Origin: an uncultured archaeon
GTDB taxonomy: Archaea; Aenigmatarchaeota; Aenigmatarchaeia; PWEA01; JAGHBM01
Assembly (NCBI GenBank): GCA_964584335.1
Contig: CAZOZN010000001.1
Coordinates: 275,882 to 339,881 of the forward strand
Length of the DNA stretch: 64,000 nt
Direction: 5' to 3'
Under the pieces are notes generated by a model. It ran no database searches. It was not told where the DNA came from and saw only the letters and a program-made list of their open reading frames with translations. The position numbers and the translations under genes are program-made. Positions 35,688 through 45,887 of this stretch are shown here, piece after piece; the stretch's first letter is position 1, and the number at the start of each line of letters is the position of its first letter.

Positions 35688-36803
35688 ATGAACCATTTAT
35701 TCAGTTTTTTCAAGAACCTGGAAAAAGTAGATATGGATATGAAAAAAATTTTTGCTTTTATGGTTGCATTCTCTTTGATGAACTTACTTTTACAGACCAC
35801 TTTTTATGGTCTTAAATTTACCAGTTTTTTCCTGGTTAAATTAGCCAACTCACTTACTTTCTATCTTTATATGTTCTTTGTTACATTTCTCATGATATCT
35901 TTCTTTGCAAGAGAAGAGATGAAAATGTCTTTAAAGGTTACTTGTGTTATGTTTTCTTTCTTGATATCTTTTTCCTTTATAGATTTTTTTCTGTTTGGTG
36001 GTGTCTCATACAACTTTTTCAGATTAGAAATGTTTTTTGACAATTTGTTTACATTCTACGGCTACGGTAGCAGGATAGGAATAGGAGGACTGTTGCAATT
36101 ATTTGTGCTGCCTGTCATTATAGGGTCTTTTACTTACTACAAAAGAAAGGATTTTCTGTTTTCGGTTTTTTCGGCGATGATTTTTTTCATTATCTTTAAT
36201 TTTTCATTGACAGATGTAGCAGCAAGAACAATAGACCTGCTGGGCGGAATAAATTATTATTCGATGACAGGGAACCAGGCAATAATATGGTACATACAAT
36301 CAAATATTTTATATTCATCTGTTTCACTTTTCCTTGCAGTTTTGATAGGATGGAGAATGAGAATATTTAAGAAAACCAAAATAAAGGACAACATAAATTC
36401 TGTAATAATAACATTTTCTCTTATACTTCTTGGCGGTCTCCTCTCAGAATCCTTCAACTTCACATTACTGTTTCCCGCCCTTCTTTCTGTTTTCTTTTCA
36501 ATAGAATTTTCAATGCTATCGGATAGGTTATACAAAAGCAATACGAGAAAAAATATATTCTATCCCAACAAAAAGAAATGGAAAGAAAATAAAATATTTG
36601 TTTTCACTACTTTATTTTATGCACTGCTTTTTGGTTTTATACTTAACCTAAGGGTTTTCTTTCTTGTATTCTGTTTTCTATTGGCAAGTTATATTTACTC
36701 GATAAACGAGTACAGAGTAAAGAATCCTTATATTAAAGTATGGCTCATATTGGTATTGTTTTCAATGGCTTTTTCAATAGGTTATTTTTCACAGACTTTT
36801 TAA
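35688..36803 (+). CDS. Polytopic membrane protein (weak UbiA-like C-terminus)
   Basis: More than 10 TM segments; YIYSINEYRVK resembles the UbiA-family YS...R.K motif; Asp-rich motif not evident. Confidence 0.55.
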   Translation: MNHLFSFFKNLEKVDMDMKKIFAFMVAFSLMNLLLQTTFYGLKFTSFFLVKLANSLTFYLYMFFVTFLMISFFAREEMKMSLKVTCVMFSFLISFSFIDFFLFGGVSYNFFRLEMFFDNLFTFYGYGSRIGIGGLLQLFVLPVIIGSFTYYKRKDFLFSVFSAMIFFIIFNFSLTDVAARTIDLLGGINYYSMTGNQAIIWYIQSNILYSSVSLFLAVLIGWRMRIFKKTKIKDNINSVIITFSLILLGGLLSESFNFTLLFPALLSVFFSIEFSMLSDRLYKSNTRKNIFYPNKKKWKENKIFVFTTLFYALLFGFILNLRVFFLVFCFLLASYIYSINEYRVKNPYIKVWLILVLFSMAFSIGYFSQTF

Positions 36804-36822
36804 TCCACCAAAATAAAGAAAA

Positions 36823-37011
36823 TTATTTTATTTTCATTTTAACTGTGGTTCTATTTATTTTACCACATTTCTTACAGAATATCTCAACAATCTGATTTCT
36901 TTCCTTTCCCCTCAGGTCACGTGCATTCAAAGTAGGTATTAGCATTTCTGTTCTGGTCTCGGTAGAACCACACCTTTTGCAGCATCCCAAATCATCGAAA
37001 ATTAGCATCAT
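36823..37011 (-). CDS. Small zinc-ribbon protein
   Basis: CKRC...CKKC. Confidence 0.6.
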   Translation of the reverse strand: MMLIFDDLGCCKRCGSTETRTEMLIPTLNARDLRGKERNQIVEIFCKKCGKINRTTVKMKIK

Positions 37012-37121
37012 TTTTATTCCCCCACTGGTTAAACAGTGTTACAATTTTTGTTTTTTGATGTATTTAAACATTAAAAGCCCTTATAACGCTTGTATCATCT
37101 ATTTTAAGCGATTTAATCTCT

Positions 37122-38267
37122 TCAAATAAAACCAACAAGGAAATTAGTTATTATAAGAGATAAAAATATAGCGGCCAGTGCTCTGACTGCGAACCTTCTT
37201 TTTTTAGGGGCGAACCTCTCAAAAAGAGAGTCGACCATAAGACCGCCATCAAGGGGTTTTATGGGAAATATATTGACAAGACCCACGCCAAGGTTTATTA
37301 TGAATATCCACTCAAACATCTCTATTATAAATTGCAATACGCCTTCAAATGATGTGTTTTTATATCTCTTACTTATAACGCGCCTGTCACCGACTCCTGA
37401 AATACCTATAAATCCTTTTTCCGAGTCGGTGGGGTTTTCTGCCAAAGTAATATTGTAAGAATCAGAAATAGTTTCTATTAATACATTGTCTCCGGGTTTC
37501 CTATTCTCCATAAATTCGTTGAGTTCAGCGGCATTTCTTATTCTTTGCCCGTCTATCGAAACTATAACACCGGTCATGTTTGATTCCTGCGCCGGGTAAG
37601 GCTCTTCGCCGAAGTAAGTGGAATTAGTATAACCTACGTAACCTACAGATTCGGTAAGAAAGGCTGGAGATAAAACAAAAAACATAAACAGAGATACAAG
37701 ACCAGCAACAATAAAATTCGAAAATGAACCTCCGGCATATATCCTTAGCTTGGTCTTCCAGTTAGCTTTCTTTAACTGTTTTTCATCAGGTTCGACAAAA
37801 GCACCGGGTATTATTGCTAGAAGCATTAGTCCCAGATTCTTTATTCTTATGTTTTCCGCTCTTGAAAGTATTCCGTGCATTCCCTCATGTGGAAGAACAA
37901 GAGAAAAAACGCCTATTATGAAAAACCAGAAAGGTACTCCAACATAACCGTATCCTATTGTAGTATCTTGGGTTGGAAAAGGAATTACCAAAGATATTCC
38001 TGGTCCTCCCGTAGGAGCTCTTATGCTGCTAACAAGAAAATGCAAACCAAATACCATAGCAAAAAAACAGACAACAACTCCTATCGAACCGAATATTTTC
38101 CAGAATTTAGGAGAAGCTTTGGCTATATTATCGATGAATTTTCTTCCCTTCTTAGTCTTTCTCATTATCAATATTCCTTTTATCTCTATGTTTTTCCTGT
38201 CCCTGTAGAGCACTAAAGCAAAGAAAACCATGAAAACTAGAATAGAAAGGACATACAAATCCATCAA
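37122..38267 (-). CDS. Site-2 protease (M50) with PDZ domain
   Basis: HEGMH, GAFVEPDE and NIFPIKPLDGG. Confidence 0.9.
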   Translation of the reverse strand: MMDLYVLSILVFMVFFALVLYRDRKNIEIKGILIMRKTKKGRKFIDNIAKASPKFWKIFGSIGVVVCFFAMVFGLHFLVSSIRAPTGGPGISLVIPFPTQDTTIGYGYVGVPFWFFIIGVFSLVLPHEGMHGILSRAENIRIKNLGLMLLAIIPGAFVEPDEKQLKKANWKTKLRIYAGGSFSNFIVAGLVSLFMFFVLSPAFLTESVGYVGYTNSTYFGEEPYPAQESNMTGVIVSIDGQRIRNAAELNEFMENRKPGDNVLIETISDSYNITLAENPTDSEKGFIGISGVGDRRVISKRYKNTSFEGVLQFIIEMFEWIFIINLGVGLVNIFPIKPLDGGLMVDSLFERFAPKKRRFAVRALAAIFLSLIITNFLVGFI

Positions 38268-38313
38268 AACACCATGCCAAAGATTTATTAAAGTTTATAT
38301 AAATAGTTAAATT

Positions 38314-39885
38314 ATGCATTGGTCTGACGGTGTAGCAAAAAGGATAATTGCAAATTGTGGTGAAAAAGAAGAATATGTAATAGAGGGTGGAATAGCTCCA
38401 TCAGCAAGAAAACATATAGGAAGCTTTAGAGAAATAGTAACAGGCTTCTTCATTAAAAAGTCACTTGAAAAAATGGGGAAAAGGGTAAGATTTATTTATT
38501 CTTGGGATTCCTTTGACAGGCTAAAGAAAGTTTCAGCATCAATACCAAAAGACAAGAGAAAAGAACTGGAAAAATATATTGGAGTTCCGCAGGAACTTAT
38601 ACCTGACCCCTTTGGCTGTCATAATAACTATGCAGAACATTTCCAGGAGTTTGTAGAGAAAGAGGCAGAAGATATAGGTGTCAAGCCTGAATTTATCTAC
38701 GAAGGAAAGGAATTTATGAATTGCACTTACTGGAAACTAATAAAAAAAGTCATGCAGGAAAAGGAAAAAATAAGAAATATTCTAAACAAGTATCGTGATC
38801 ATCCTATAGAAGAAGACTGGTGGCCTGTTAGCGTATACTGTGAAAAATGTAAAAACGGAGACAACACAAAAATACTAAATTACGACGGTGAAAGCACTAT
38901 AAATTATGAGTGCGAATGTGGATATAAAGGAGAGATGGATTTCAGTAAAATTGGAATGGTAAAGCCTACATGGAGAGTTGATTGGGCAATGAGATGGGTT
39001 CATTATAAGGTGGACTTTGAACCTAGCGGAAAAGACCATATGGTGGCAGGCAGTTCTTACGAGACAAGCTCAGAAATAGTAAGGGAAGTTTTTGGCATAG
39101 AGCCTCCACTCGCAATAATGTATGAATTTGTAGGAAAGAAAGGAGACGAAGGAAAAATGTCAGCTTCTGTTGGTAATATAGTAACAGCAACAGACGTAAT
39201 GGAAATATACCCCAATGAAATAATAAAATACTTCTTTGCTGGAACAAAACCGAAGAAACTGTTCAAGATACCATTTGACGAAGAAGTTCTGAAGGTTTAT
39301 GAGGATTTTTACAAATGTGAAAGAATATATTTTGGAAAAGAAGACGTCAGTGAAAGAGACAAAGAACACTGGAAGAGAGTATACGAACTTTCTGTTGAAG
39401 AAAAAACAAAAGAAATTCCGGTTCAAATACCTTTTTCATTAATTTCATTAATAGCACAGCTTTATGATAATATCAATGAGATAGAGAATGTTTTAAAAGA
39501 TATGGGCCATATAGAAAAAGAGCTTTCTGAATATGATAAAAAAAGAATAGAAGTGCTTATGAAAAAATCCAAAAAATGGGTAAAGGATTACGCACCAAAC
39601 AATTACCTGATAAAAGTCAACAAAGATTTACCGGAAAGCCTAGAAATAAAAGAAGAACAAAAGGAAGGACTAATCAAATTAAAAAAAGAGCTTGATAAAG
39701 ATTTGAATGCAGAGGATTTACAAAAAAGAATTTATGAAATAGGAAAAGAGATGGGAGACGTTGGAGGATTCTTCAAGGCAATCTATAAAGTTCTTATAGG
39801 AAAGAAAGCAGGTCCGAAAGCAGGGCCTTTTATAATAACCATAGGAAAAGACAAGGTAAGGAAAATTCTTGAGCAGTTAGAATAA
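38314..39885 (+). CDS. lysS: Class I lysyl-tRNA synthetase
   Basis: MHWSD, HIGSFRE, WRVDWAMRW, GKDH and KMSAS. Confidence 0.95.
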   Translation: MHWSDGVAKRIIANCGEKEEYVIEGGIAPSARKHIGSFREIVTGFFIKKSLEKMGKRVRFIYSWDSFDRLKKVSASIPKDKRKELEKYIGVPQELIPDPFGCHNNYAEHFQEFVEKEAEDIGVKPEFIYEGKEFMNCTYWKLIKKVMQEKEKIRNILNKYRDHPIEEDWWPVSVYCEKCKNGDNTKILNYDGESTINYECECGYKGEMDFSKIGMVKPTWRVDWAMRWVHYKVDFEPSGKDHMVAGSSYETSSEIVREVFGIEPPLAIMYEFVGKKGDEGKMSASVGNIVTATDVMEIYPNEIIKYFFAGTKPKKLFKIPFDEEVLKVYEDFYKCERIYFGKEDVSERDKEHWKRVYELSVEEKTKEIPVQIPFSLISLIAQLYDNINEIENVLKDMGHIEKELSEYDKKRIEVLMKKSKKWVKDYAPNNYLIKVNKDLPESLEIKEEQKEGLIKLKKELDKDLNAEDLQKRIYEIGKEMGDVGGFFKAIYKVLIGKKAGPKAGPFIITIGKDKVRKILEQLE

Positions 39886-41346
39886 GGAGTTTGTCATTAT
39901 CTTCGGTTTCTTTATTTTCATCAATTTCAGCACAGTTGGTGCTATGTTTGACAGGCCGCATTTTTCTTTCAGTTTCTTTCCTTTCAGTTCCCCGTCAACT
40001 ATTACAAAGGGCACTTTGTTTAGAGTGTGCGCAGTATTGAAATCAGTGCCCTTCCTCATGTCTTCAAAATTGCCATGGTCTGCCGTTATAATGACAGTAT
40101 ATTCTTTCGCGACCTCAACTATTCTACCAAGACAAAAGTCAACTACCTCAGCAGCTTTTTTTGCTGCTTTTATTACGCCTGTGTGGCCGACCATGTCGCC
40201 GTTTGCAAAATTCAGGAGTATAAACCCGTAATCCTTTTTTATTTCTTTAAGCAGGGCTTCCGTAACACCGTATGCACTCATTTCTGGCTTGAAATCGTAT
40301 GTGGGTACCTTGGGGGAAGGTATTATAATCCTTCTCTCTTTTCTAAAGGGTTTTTCTCTTTGACCGCTAAAGAAATAAGTCACATGAGGACCCTTTTCAC
40401 TCTCCGATATCCTTAACTGTCTCAATCCTTTTTTGCTAACCGTTTCTCCAAGAGAATTTTTTACAAAATCTGGCTCGAAAAGCACCTTTGTTCTTAATGA
40501 TTTTGAATACTGTGTCATTGTAACAATGTTTTTTGTTTTTTTCAATAACATCTTTATAATCTGCCTCATCCTGTCAGGCCTGAAATTAAACGAAAAAACA
40601 AAGTCATCTTTTTTAAGTCCCTCATAACCTTTCATGACAACAGGCTTTACAAATTCATCATTTTTGCCCTCCTTATAGGAACCCTTAAGTGCCTTTATCG
40701 GGTCTTCGTATTTCTTTCCCTTGGCCTTTACTATTGCATCGTAAGCCCTTCCAGTTCTGTGCCAGCGCAGGTCACGGTCCATGGAATAATATCTACCGGA
40801 AACGGTAGCTATGCTGCCGACAGTTCCATTAATCCTCTTCTTCAGCAAATTCAAATATTTGGAAGCGCTTTTCGGGGGCGTGTCTCTTCCATCCAGAAAA
40901 CAGTGTATTTTAACATCCTTGATTCCCATTTTTTCTGCCTTCTTCAGAAAGAAAAAAAGATGTTTTATATCCGAGTGAACACCGGCATCTGATAGAAGTC
41001 CCATGACATGAAGAGTTTTTCCTTTGGCGCACTTAGAAAAATATTTTTTCATTTTGCCCTCAAAAACACCATTTTCAATACTTTCGTTTATCTGAGTTAG
41101 TTTTTGTTTTACTATTCTGCCCGCTCCGATATGCAGATGACCGACCTCACTTCCTCCGAGAGTATTCTTTGGAAGGCCCACTGCTTCCCCCGATGCCTTG
41201 AGGGTGGTGTGGGGGAAGTTTTTCCAAAAATAATCAAAATTCGGCGTCTTTGCAAGTTTAACGGCATTTCCTTTTCTTTCTCTTCTTATTCCCCAGCCAT
41301 CTAGAATTATGAGCAAGACTTTCTTCATGATAATTTTTTGTCGCAC
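39877..41346 (-). CDS. gpmI: 2,3-BPG-independent phosphoglycerate mutase
   Basis: LDGWG, SEVGH, DGRDT, GRYYSMDRD, DMVGHTG and TADHGN. Confidence 0.95.
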   Translation of the reverse strand: MRQKIIMKKVLLIILDGWGIRRERKGNAVKLAKTPNFDYFWKNFPHTTLKASGEAVGLPKNTLGGSEVGHLHIGAGRIVKQKLTQINESIENGVFEGKMKKYFSKCAKGKTLHVMGLLSDAGVHSDIKHLFFFLKKAEKMGIKDVKIHCFLDGRDTPPKSASKYLNLLKKRINGTVGSIATVSGRYYSMDRDLRWHRTGRAYDAIVKAKGKKYEDPIKALKGSYKEGKNDEFVKPVVMKGYEGLKKDDFVFSFNFRPDRMRQIIKMLLKKTKNIVTMTQYSKSLRTKVLFEPDFVKNSLGETVSKKGLRQLRISESEKGPHVTYFFSGQREKPFRKERRIIIPSPKVPTYDFKPEMSAYGVTEALLKEIKKDYGFILLNFANGDMVGHTGVIKAAKKAAEVVDFCLGRIVEVAKEYTVIITADHGNFEDMRKGTDFNTAHTLNKVPFVIVDGELKGKKLKEKCGLSNIAPTVLKLMKIKKPKIMTNSLF

Positions 41347-41393
41347 TTAAATAAAAAATTCATACTTAAATAATTAAAATTTAAAGAATAGCC

Positions 41394-41759
41394 ATGATTG
41401 GGAAATACGAAGAAAAGATTTTGTCAATAATAGATAAAGACAGAAACGGAGAAAAATTAAGTTTTTATTCCTCTTTGGTGGACCTTTTTGAAGAAGCAGA
41501 GAAAGACGGTATACTTATATTCGGATTCAAATATGATGGTAAAAAAGAAACAGACTTAGAAGATATGAGAAAGGACGCTTACAAAGAAATGTCCGATTTT
41601 TACCTTAGAGATGCTTTCAGGGGGATGTATAGTGACATTCCAAAGAAAGAAGTGGGTGACTGTTTTAAAAAAGGTGTAAAGTACGCTGAAAAAGCAGGAG
41701 AAAAAGACAAAAGAAAGGTAAAAGCTGCAAAAAAGATAATGAGTTATTATACAGATTAA
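41394..41759 (+). CDS. Hypothetical protein
   Basis: 121-aa ORF between gpmI and glnA. Confidence 0.55.
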   Translation: MIGKYEEKILSIIDKDRNGEKLSFYSSLVDLFEEAEKDGILIFGFKYDGKKETDLEDMRKDAYKEMSDFYLRDAFRGMYSDIPKKEVGDCFKKGVKYAEKAGEKDKRKVKAAKKIMSYYTD

Positions 41760-43120
41760 AGTCTGGGAAGATTGTGTTTTAATTCGTAGGGGCTCACTTT
41801 TCTCAGATAATCTTTGTAATTGTTGAGCTCTTTCTTTCTGTTTTGTATAAAACTTTTGTAAGCGTGATTGCCCAGAGTTTCTTTCACAAGACTTCCCTCT
41901 TCCGTAAACTTTAGTGACTCATCCAGGCTACTTGGCAGGCTTTCTATACCCAGTCTCTTTTTCTTTTTATCAGACATCTTGTAAACATCCTCGTTTACTG
42001 GAGCAGGGAGTTCATAATCATTTTTTATCCCATCAACACCAGCAGCAAGAGAGACGGCAAGAGCAAGGTATATGTTGCATGCGGGGTCGGGATTTCTCTG
42101 CTCGATTCTGGTCGAGTTTCCCTTTCCGTTGGGTACTCTAAAAAGAGTAGACCTGTTCCTGAATGCCCAAACATTTTCTGTCGGAGCCTCAAAACCCGGC
42201 TGAAGCCTTTTGTAAGAATTGACATATTGGTTTGTAACGGACGTTATCTGGTGTACGTTATGTATTAATCCGGACAAATATTTTTTTGCGGTTTCAGAAA
42301 GAATAAAATCACTGCCTTCATCGTAAAAAAGATTTTCTTTGCCTTTCCACAAAGACTGGTTAAGATGCATACCGTTTCCATTTTCTGTATCCAATGGCTT
42401 AGGCATAAAAGAAGCATGTATTCCCATGTAGTTTGCTGTTTTCTTTACTGTGTCCTTTAAAATCATTATATTGTCAGCGGTTTCTATGGCATTACCATAC
42501 TTCAAATCTATCTCATGCTGGCTTTTAGCAACTTCGTGATGGTCATATTCACACTCAATTCCCATTTCATCAAGAGAAAGCATAACGTTCTTTCTTAACA
42601 CCTCATTGGGGTCGTCCATTGCACCAAAGTACCCGTCTCTGTCCAGAGGTTTGTTTGTCTTGTTATCAGGAAATAAGAAGAATTCAGGCTCCGGTCCCAC
42701 TTTAAAGCTGTCTGCACAAACATCCTTAAGATTTCTTAAAGTTTTCTGTAGTATATACCTGGAATCTCCCTCGTTTGGCGTTCCGTCAACATTGTAAATA
42801 TTGCATATGGCCATCCCGACGCTGTAATCCTTGCCCTTGTATGAGTACTTTCTCGGGGATACTCTGAATGTTTTGGGGTCTGGTTTGGCTATAAGGTCGC
42901 TCTCCTCAATTTTTTCCCTGTTCAAGCCTTCTATAGAAGAGCCGTCTATACCACTTCCGTTAGAAAAAACATCATCCAATACAGAAGCAGGCCTGCTAAA
43001 AAATTTGAAATCGCCAATAATATCGGTAAAATACATATTAACGAATTTTACATCATTTTCGTTTACGCAGTCCAGTATTTGGCTGGAATTTTCAAATCCC
43101 CATTTCTTCAAAAAACACAC
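41756..43120 (-). CDS. glnA: Glutamine synthetase type I
   Basis: DGSSIEG, GPEPEFF, HHEVA, FMPKP, GMH, RLQPGFEAP and RNPDPACN. Confidence 0.93.
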   Translation of the reverse strand: MCFLKKWGFENSSQILDCVNENDVKFVNMYFTDIIGDFKFFSRPASVLDDVFSNGSGIDGSSIEGLNREKIEESDLIAKPDPKTFRVSPRKYSYKGKDYSVGMAICNIYNVDGTPNEGDSRYILQKTLRNLKDVCADSFKVGPEPEFFLFPDNKTNKPLDRDGYFGAMDDPNEVLRKNVMLSLDEMGIECEYDHHEVAKSQHEIDLKYGNAIETADNIMILKDTVKKTANYMGIHASFMPKPLDTENGNGMHLNQSLWKGKENLFYDEGSDFILSETAKKYLSGLIHNVHQITSVTNQYVNSYKRLQPGFEAPTENVWAFRNRSTLFRVPNGKGNSTRIEQRNPDPACNIYLALAVSLAAGVDGIKNDYELPAPVNEDVYKMSDKKKKRLGIESLPSSLDESLKFTEEGSLVKETLGNHAYKSFIQNRKKELNNYKDYLRKVSPYELKHNLPRL

Positions 43121-43276
43121 CCAATGAAAGATAATTAAAAAACTAAACTATAAATAAGTCAAAAAATCACCAAATTCAAGGCTTTATTTAAAAAGAAAGG
43201 CAAAATTTTAAATAGGTGACATATTTAAATACACTTAGTCTAATTAAAAAGACTTAAAAAATAGGGGTGAAGAAGA

Positions 43277-43792
43277 ATGGAAATATCCGATGAGCTCAAT
43301 AATAAGATTTTGGAAGCTGTAGAAGCAGCAAGAGCGACAGGTTATATTAGAAAAGGTACTAATGAAGCTACCAAAGCGGTAGAGAGAGGAGCAGCAGAGC
43401 TGGTTGTAATAGCAAAAGATGTTGATCCGCCGGAAATTGTAATGCATTTGCCTCCGCTTTGTGAAGAGAAAAATATACCTTGTGTTTATACTAAAAGCAA
43501 AGATGACCTTGGTAGGGCTGCTGGTATTGATGTAAGATGTGCTGCTATAGCCATAGCAAAATCTGGAGAAGCAAAAAAGATAATAGAAGAAATAACAGGC
43601 AAAGGAAAGAAAGAAGAAACAAAAGAGAAAAAAGAAGCCAAGAAAGAGAAGCCAAAAAAAGAAGAAAAGAAAGAGCCTAAAAAAGAGGAAAAAGAAAAAA
43701 AGACTGAAAAGAAGAAAGAAGAAAAGAAACCAGCGAAGAAAGAAGAAACCAAGGAAGAAAAAAAGAAAGAAAATACTTCTGAAGCTAAATGA
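43277..43792 (+). CDS. rpl7ae: Ribosomal protein L7Ae (eL8) with Lys/Glu-rich C-terminal extension
   Basis: [14 protein letters not shown]...[12 protein letters not shown]; ~64-aa KE tail. Confidence 0.95.
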   Translation: MEISDELNNKILEAVEAARATGYIRKGTNEATKAVERGAAELVVIAKDVDPPEIVMHLPPLCEEKNIPCVYTKSKDDLGRAAGIDVRCAAIAIAKSGEAKKIIEEITGKGKKEETKEKKEAKKEKPKKEEKKEPKKEEKEKKTEKKKEEKKPAKKEETKEEKKKENTSEAK

Positions 43793-43804
43793 TAGGTGAA
43801 TTAG

Positions 43805-44044
43805 ATGGCAAGAAAGAAAGCCAAAGTTAGTCATAAGAGTGAATTTGAAGATGCAGTTTCCGCTGAAATAGTAAAAGTTATAAGAAGAGGCGGTGTTAAG
43901 GGAGTTACTGCAGTCAGATGTAAGGTTCTTGACGGAAGAGACAAGGGGAAAATACTACAAAGAAACGTTATGGGGCCGGTTAGAAAAGGAGACGTGTTAA
44001 TGTTAAGAGAGACAGAAATGGAAAGCTCCGGAAGCTTCGGGTGA
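43805..44044 (+). CDS. rps28e: Ribosomal protein S28e
   Basis: [35 protein letters not shown]. Confidence 0.95.
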   Translation: MARKKAKVSHKSEFEDAVSAEIVKVIRRGGVKGVTAVRCKVLDGRDKGKILQRNVMGPVRKGDVLMLRETEMESSGSFG

Positions 44045-44048
44045 TTAA

Positions 44049-44228
44049 ATGAAATGTACATACTGCGGAAACAATATACCTGAAGAGAAGACGAGGCTTT
44101 TCGTTAAGAAAGACGGCAAAGTTTTATCTTTCTGTTCTACAAAATGCGAAAAAAGTTTTATGATGAAAAGAGACCCAAGGAAAAAGCAGTGGACAAGGAC
44201 AAGCAGGAAATTGAGGGGCAAAGAATGA
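44049..44228 (+). CDS. rpl24e: Ribosomal protein L24e (not in ORF track)
   Basis: MKCTYCGNNIPEEKTRLFVKKDGKVLSFCSTKCEKSF...PRKKQWT. Confidence 0.92.
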   Translation: MKCTYCGNNIPEEKTRLFVKKDGKVLSFCSTKCEKSFMMKRDPRKKQWTRTSRKLRGKE

Positions 44229-44878
44229 AATCAAAAATTGTATTGTTGGGGCCTCCCGGTTCAGGAAAAGGAACTTACGCTTCAAGGCTTGAAAAGAAAT
44301 TTGGATGGCCTCAGATATCAACCGGTGACCTTCTAAGACAATCCGTGAAAAAAGATACGGAACTGGGTAAAGAAGCAAAAAAATACATGGACGAGGGAAA
44401 ACTGGTTCCGAATGAAATAGTAATAAAGCTTCTAAAAGAAAGAATTTCGAAAGACGACTGCGAAGAAGGTTTTATTCTTGATGGTTTTCCAAGGTCTTTG
44501 GAACAGGCAAAAGAACTGGAAAAAATAACAGAAATAGAGCTAGTTATAAACTTGGTTGTCCCAAAGGAAATAATTATACACAGGCTTTCTACAAGAAGAG
44601 TTTGTAAAAAGTGTGGAGCAATATACAGTGTAGCTTCAGCGGCTGTTATGCCTGAAGTTGAAGGAATTTGTGACAAATGCGGCGGTGAGCTTTACCAAAG
44701 AGATGATGACAAGCCTGAAGTTATAAACAAAAGGCTTGTTGTATACAAAGAACAAACAGCACCGCTTATAGAGTTTTACACAGAAAAAGGGATATTAGAA
44801 AATATAGAATGTAATGATGCAGATTCTCCTCCGGAAATAACTGTAGAAAAGATAGCAAAAGTTATTGAAGAAAATTAA
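44225..44878 (+). CDS. adk: Adenylate kinase (bacterial type, Zn-LID)
   Basis: GPPGSGKGT, ISTGDLLR, LDGFPR, CKKC...CDKC and QRDDD; ATG overlaps the rpl24e stop. Confidence 0.93.
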   Translation: MKSKIVLLGPPGSGKGTYASRLEKKFGWPQISTGDLLRQSVKKDTELGKEAKKYMDEGKLVPNEIVIKLLKERISKDDCEEGFILDGFPRSLEQAKELEKITEIELVINLVVPKEIIIHRLSTRRVCKKCGAIYSVASAAVMPEVEGICDKCGGELYQRDDDKPEVINKRLVVYKEQTAPLIEFYTEKGILENIECNDADSPPEITVEKIAKVIEEN

Positions 44879-45208
44879 TTATTCTGCAATTGATTTTTTT
44901 AGTCTTTCAAGATGTTCTTCTGAAACTTCAACATTTCTTTGGTCTCTACCTACTTTATCAGAAAGTTCTCTGACCGCGGATTCCAGCTCTTTCATTCTTT
45001 TTTCAACTTTGCCTTCAATTGATTGCATATAAAGGTTCCTAGACCCCTGTAGAGCAAGTTTCACAAGTCTCTCATCCACGTTTTCGCCTTTAGCCTCCTC
45101 TTTAACCTCTCTTTCATCCCTTAGCTTGTTTATTTCCTCTGTATGAAGACTAAGTATTTCCTTTATTTCCCTTATTGCTACTATAAGCTCTATTAAAAAT
45201 TTATCCAC
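44879..45208 (-). CDS. Coiled-coil hypothetical protein
   Basis: Heptad-rich 109 aa; GGTGA SD. Confidence 0.6.
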   Translation of the reverse strand: MDKFLIELIVAIREIKEILSLHTEEINKLRDEREVKEEAKGENVDERLVKLALQGSRNLYMQSIEGKVEKRMKELESAVRELSDKVGRDQRNVEVSEEHLERLKKSIAE

Positions 45209-45220
45209 GATATCACCGTT

Positions 45221-45409
45221 TTATTTCTTTAATTCTTCAAGTATACTGCTCTTTACCTTACCTCCTCTTGTCTCTCTCATAACCTTTTCCATTATGTTAA
45301 CTCTTTTCTGTAAAGTAAAAATATTCTTTTCCTGCTCTTCGAGCCTTTTGTTTATTATAGAAGTCATTTCCCTCAAGAACTTATCTAAAGACATCATTTC
45401 TTCTACCAT
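45221..45409 (-). CDS. Coiled-coil hypothetical microprotein
   Basis: 62 aa; LDKFLRE resembles the neighbour's DKFLIE. Confidence 0.55.
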   Translation of the reverse strand: MVEEMMSLDKFLREMTSIINKRLEEQEKNIFTLQKRVNIMEKVMRETRGGKVKSSILEELKK

Positions 45410-45482
45410 GTTAACTAATTGTTCAAAAAGAGATAAATATTAGTTTTAAAAGTTTTTTAAAAAGACACTACATAATATTTTT

Positions 45483-45668
45483 ATGAACTTACTGGACATA
45501 TCAGCCTTTGTTATAGAAAATAATATTGTCTTTCTCTGGGGGTTCATATTTCTAATAATCGGAATTTTCTTCGGTTACGTATTGGGATTATATAATTATG
45601 TTATAAGACACTGGGGAGAAGTCAAGCAGGTTTCTGAAGAAGTGCAGGAGAGAGGTAATAAAAAATGA
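45483..45668 (+). CDS. Small membrane protein
   Basis: Single TM; paralog-like to the next ORF. Confidence 0.55.
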   Translation: MNLLDISAFVIENNIVFLWGFIFLIIGIFFGYVLGLYNYVIRHWGEVKQVSEEVQERGNKK

Positions 45669-45847
45669 ATCCCTTTTATGAGGTAAGAATATACATAGAG
45701 AACAACATATCAGCCTTAATAAATTTTGTAGGGGATAACAATCTCCTGATAGAAACCTGTGCGATAACTTTCTTTGTAGGTTTGGTTATAGGTTACCTTT
45801 TATCTTGGTACAAATATTTTTGGAAACACTTCATGTACAGAGCTTAA
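45665..45847 (+). CDS. Small membrane protein
   Basis: Single TM; ATGA overlap, GAGGT SD. Confidence 0.55.
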   Translation: MNPFYEVRIYIENNISALINFVGDNNLLIETCAITFFVGLVIGYLLSWYKYFWKHFMYRA

Positions 45848-45887
45848 GGATTTAAAACTTTCTGTTCAATAAGTAATAGGGATAATT

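Noticed and set aside
43244-43834. Long Phe/Ser/Leu-rich minus-strand ORFs opposite rpl7ae (also 52177-52656, 61649-62170 and 61978-62856)
   Set aside because: Shadow ORFs: the purine-rich KE tails have few TTA/CTA/TCA triplets, so the antisense strand lacks stops
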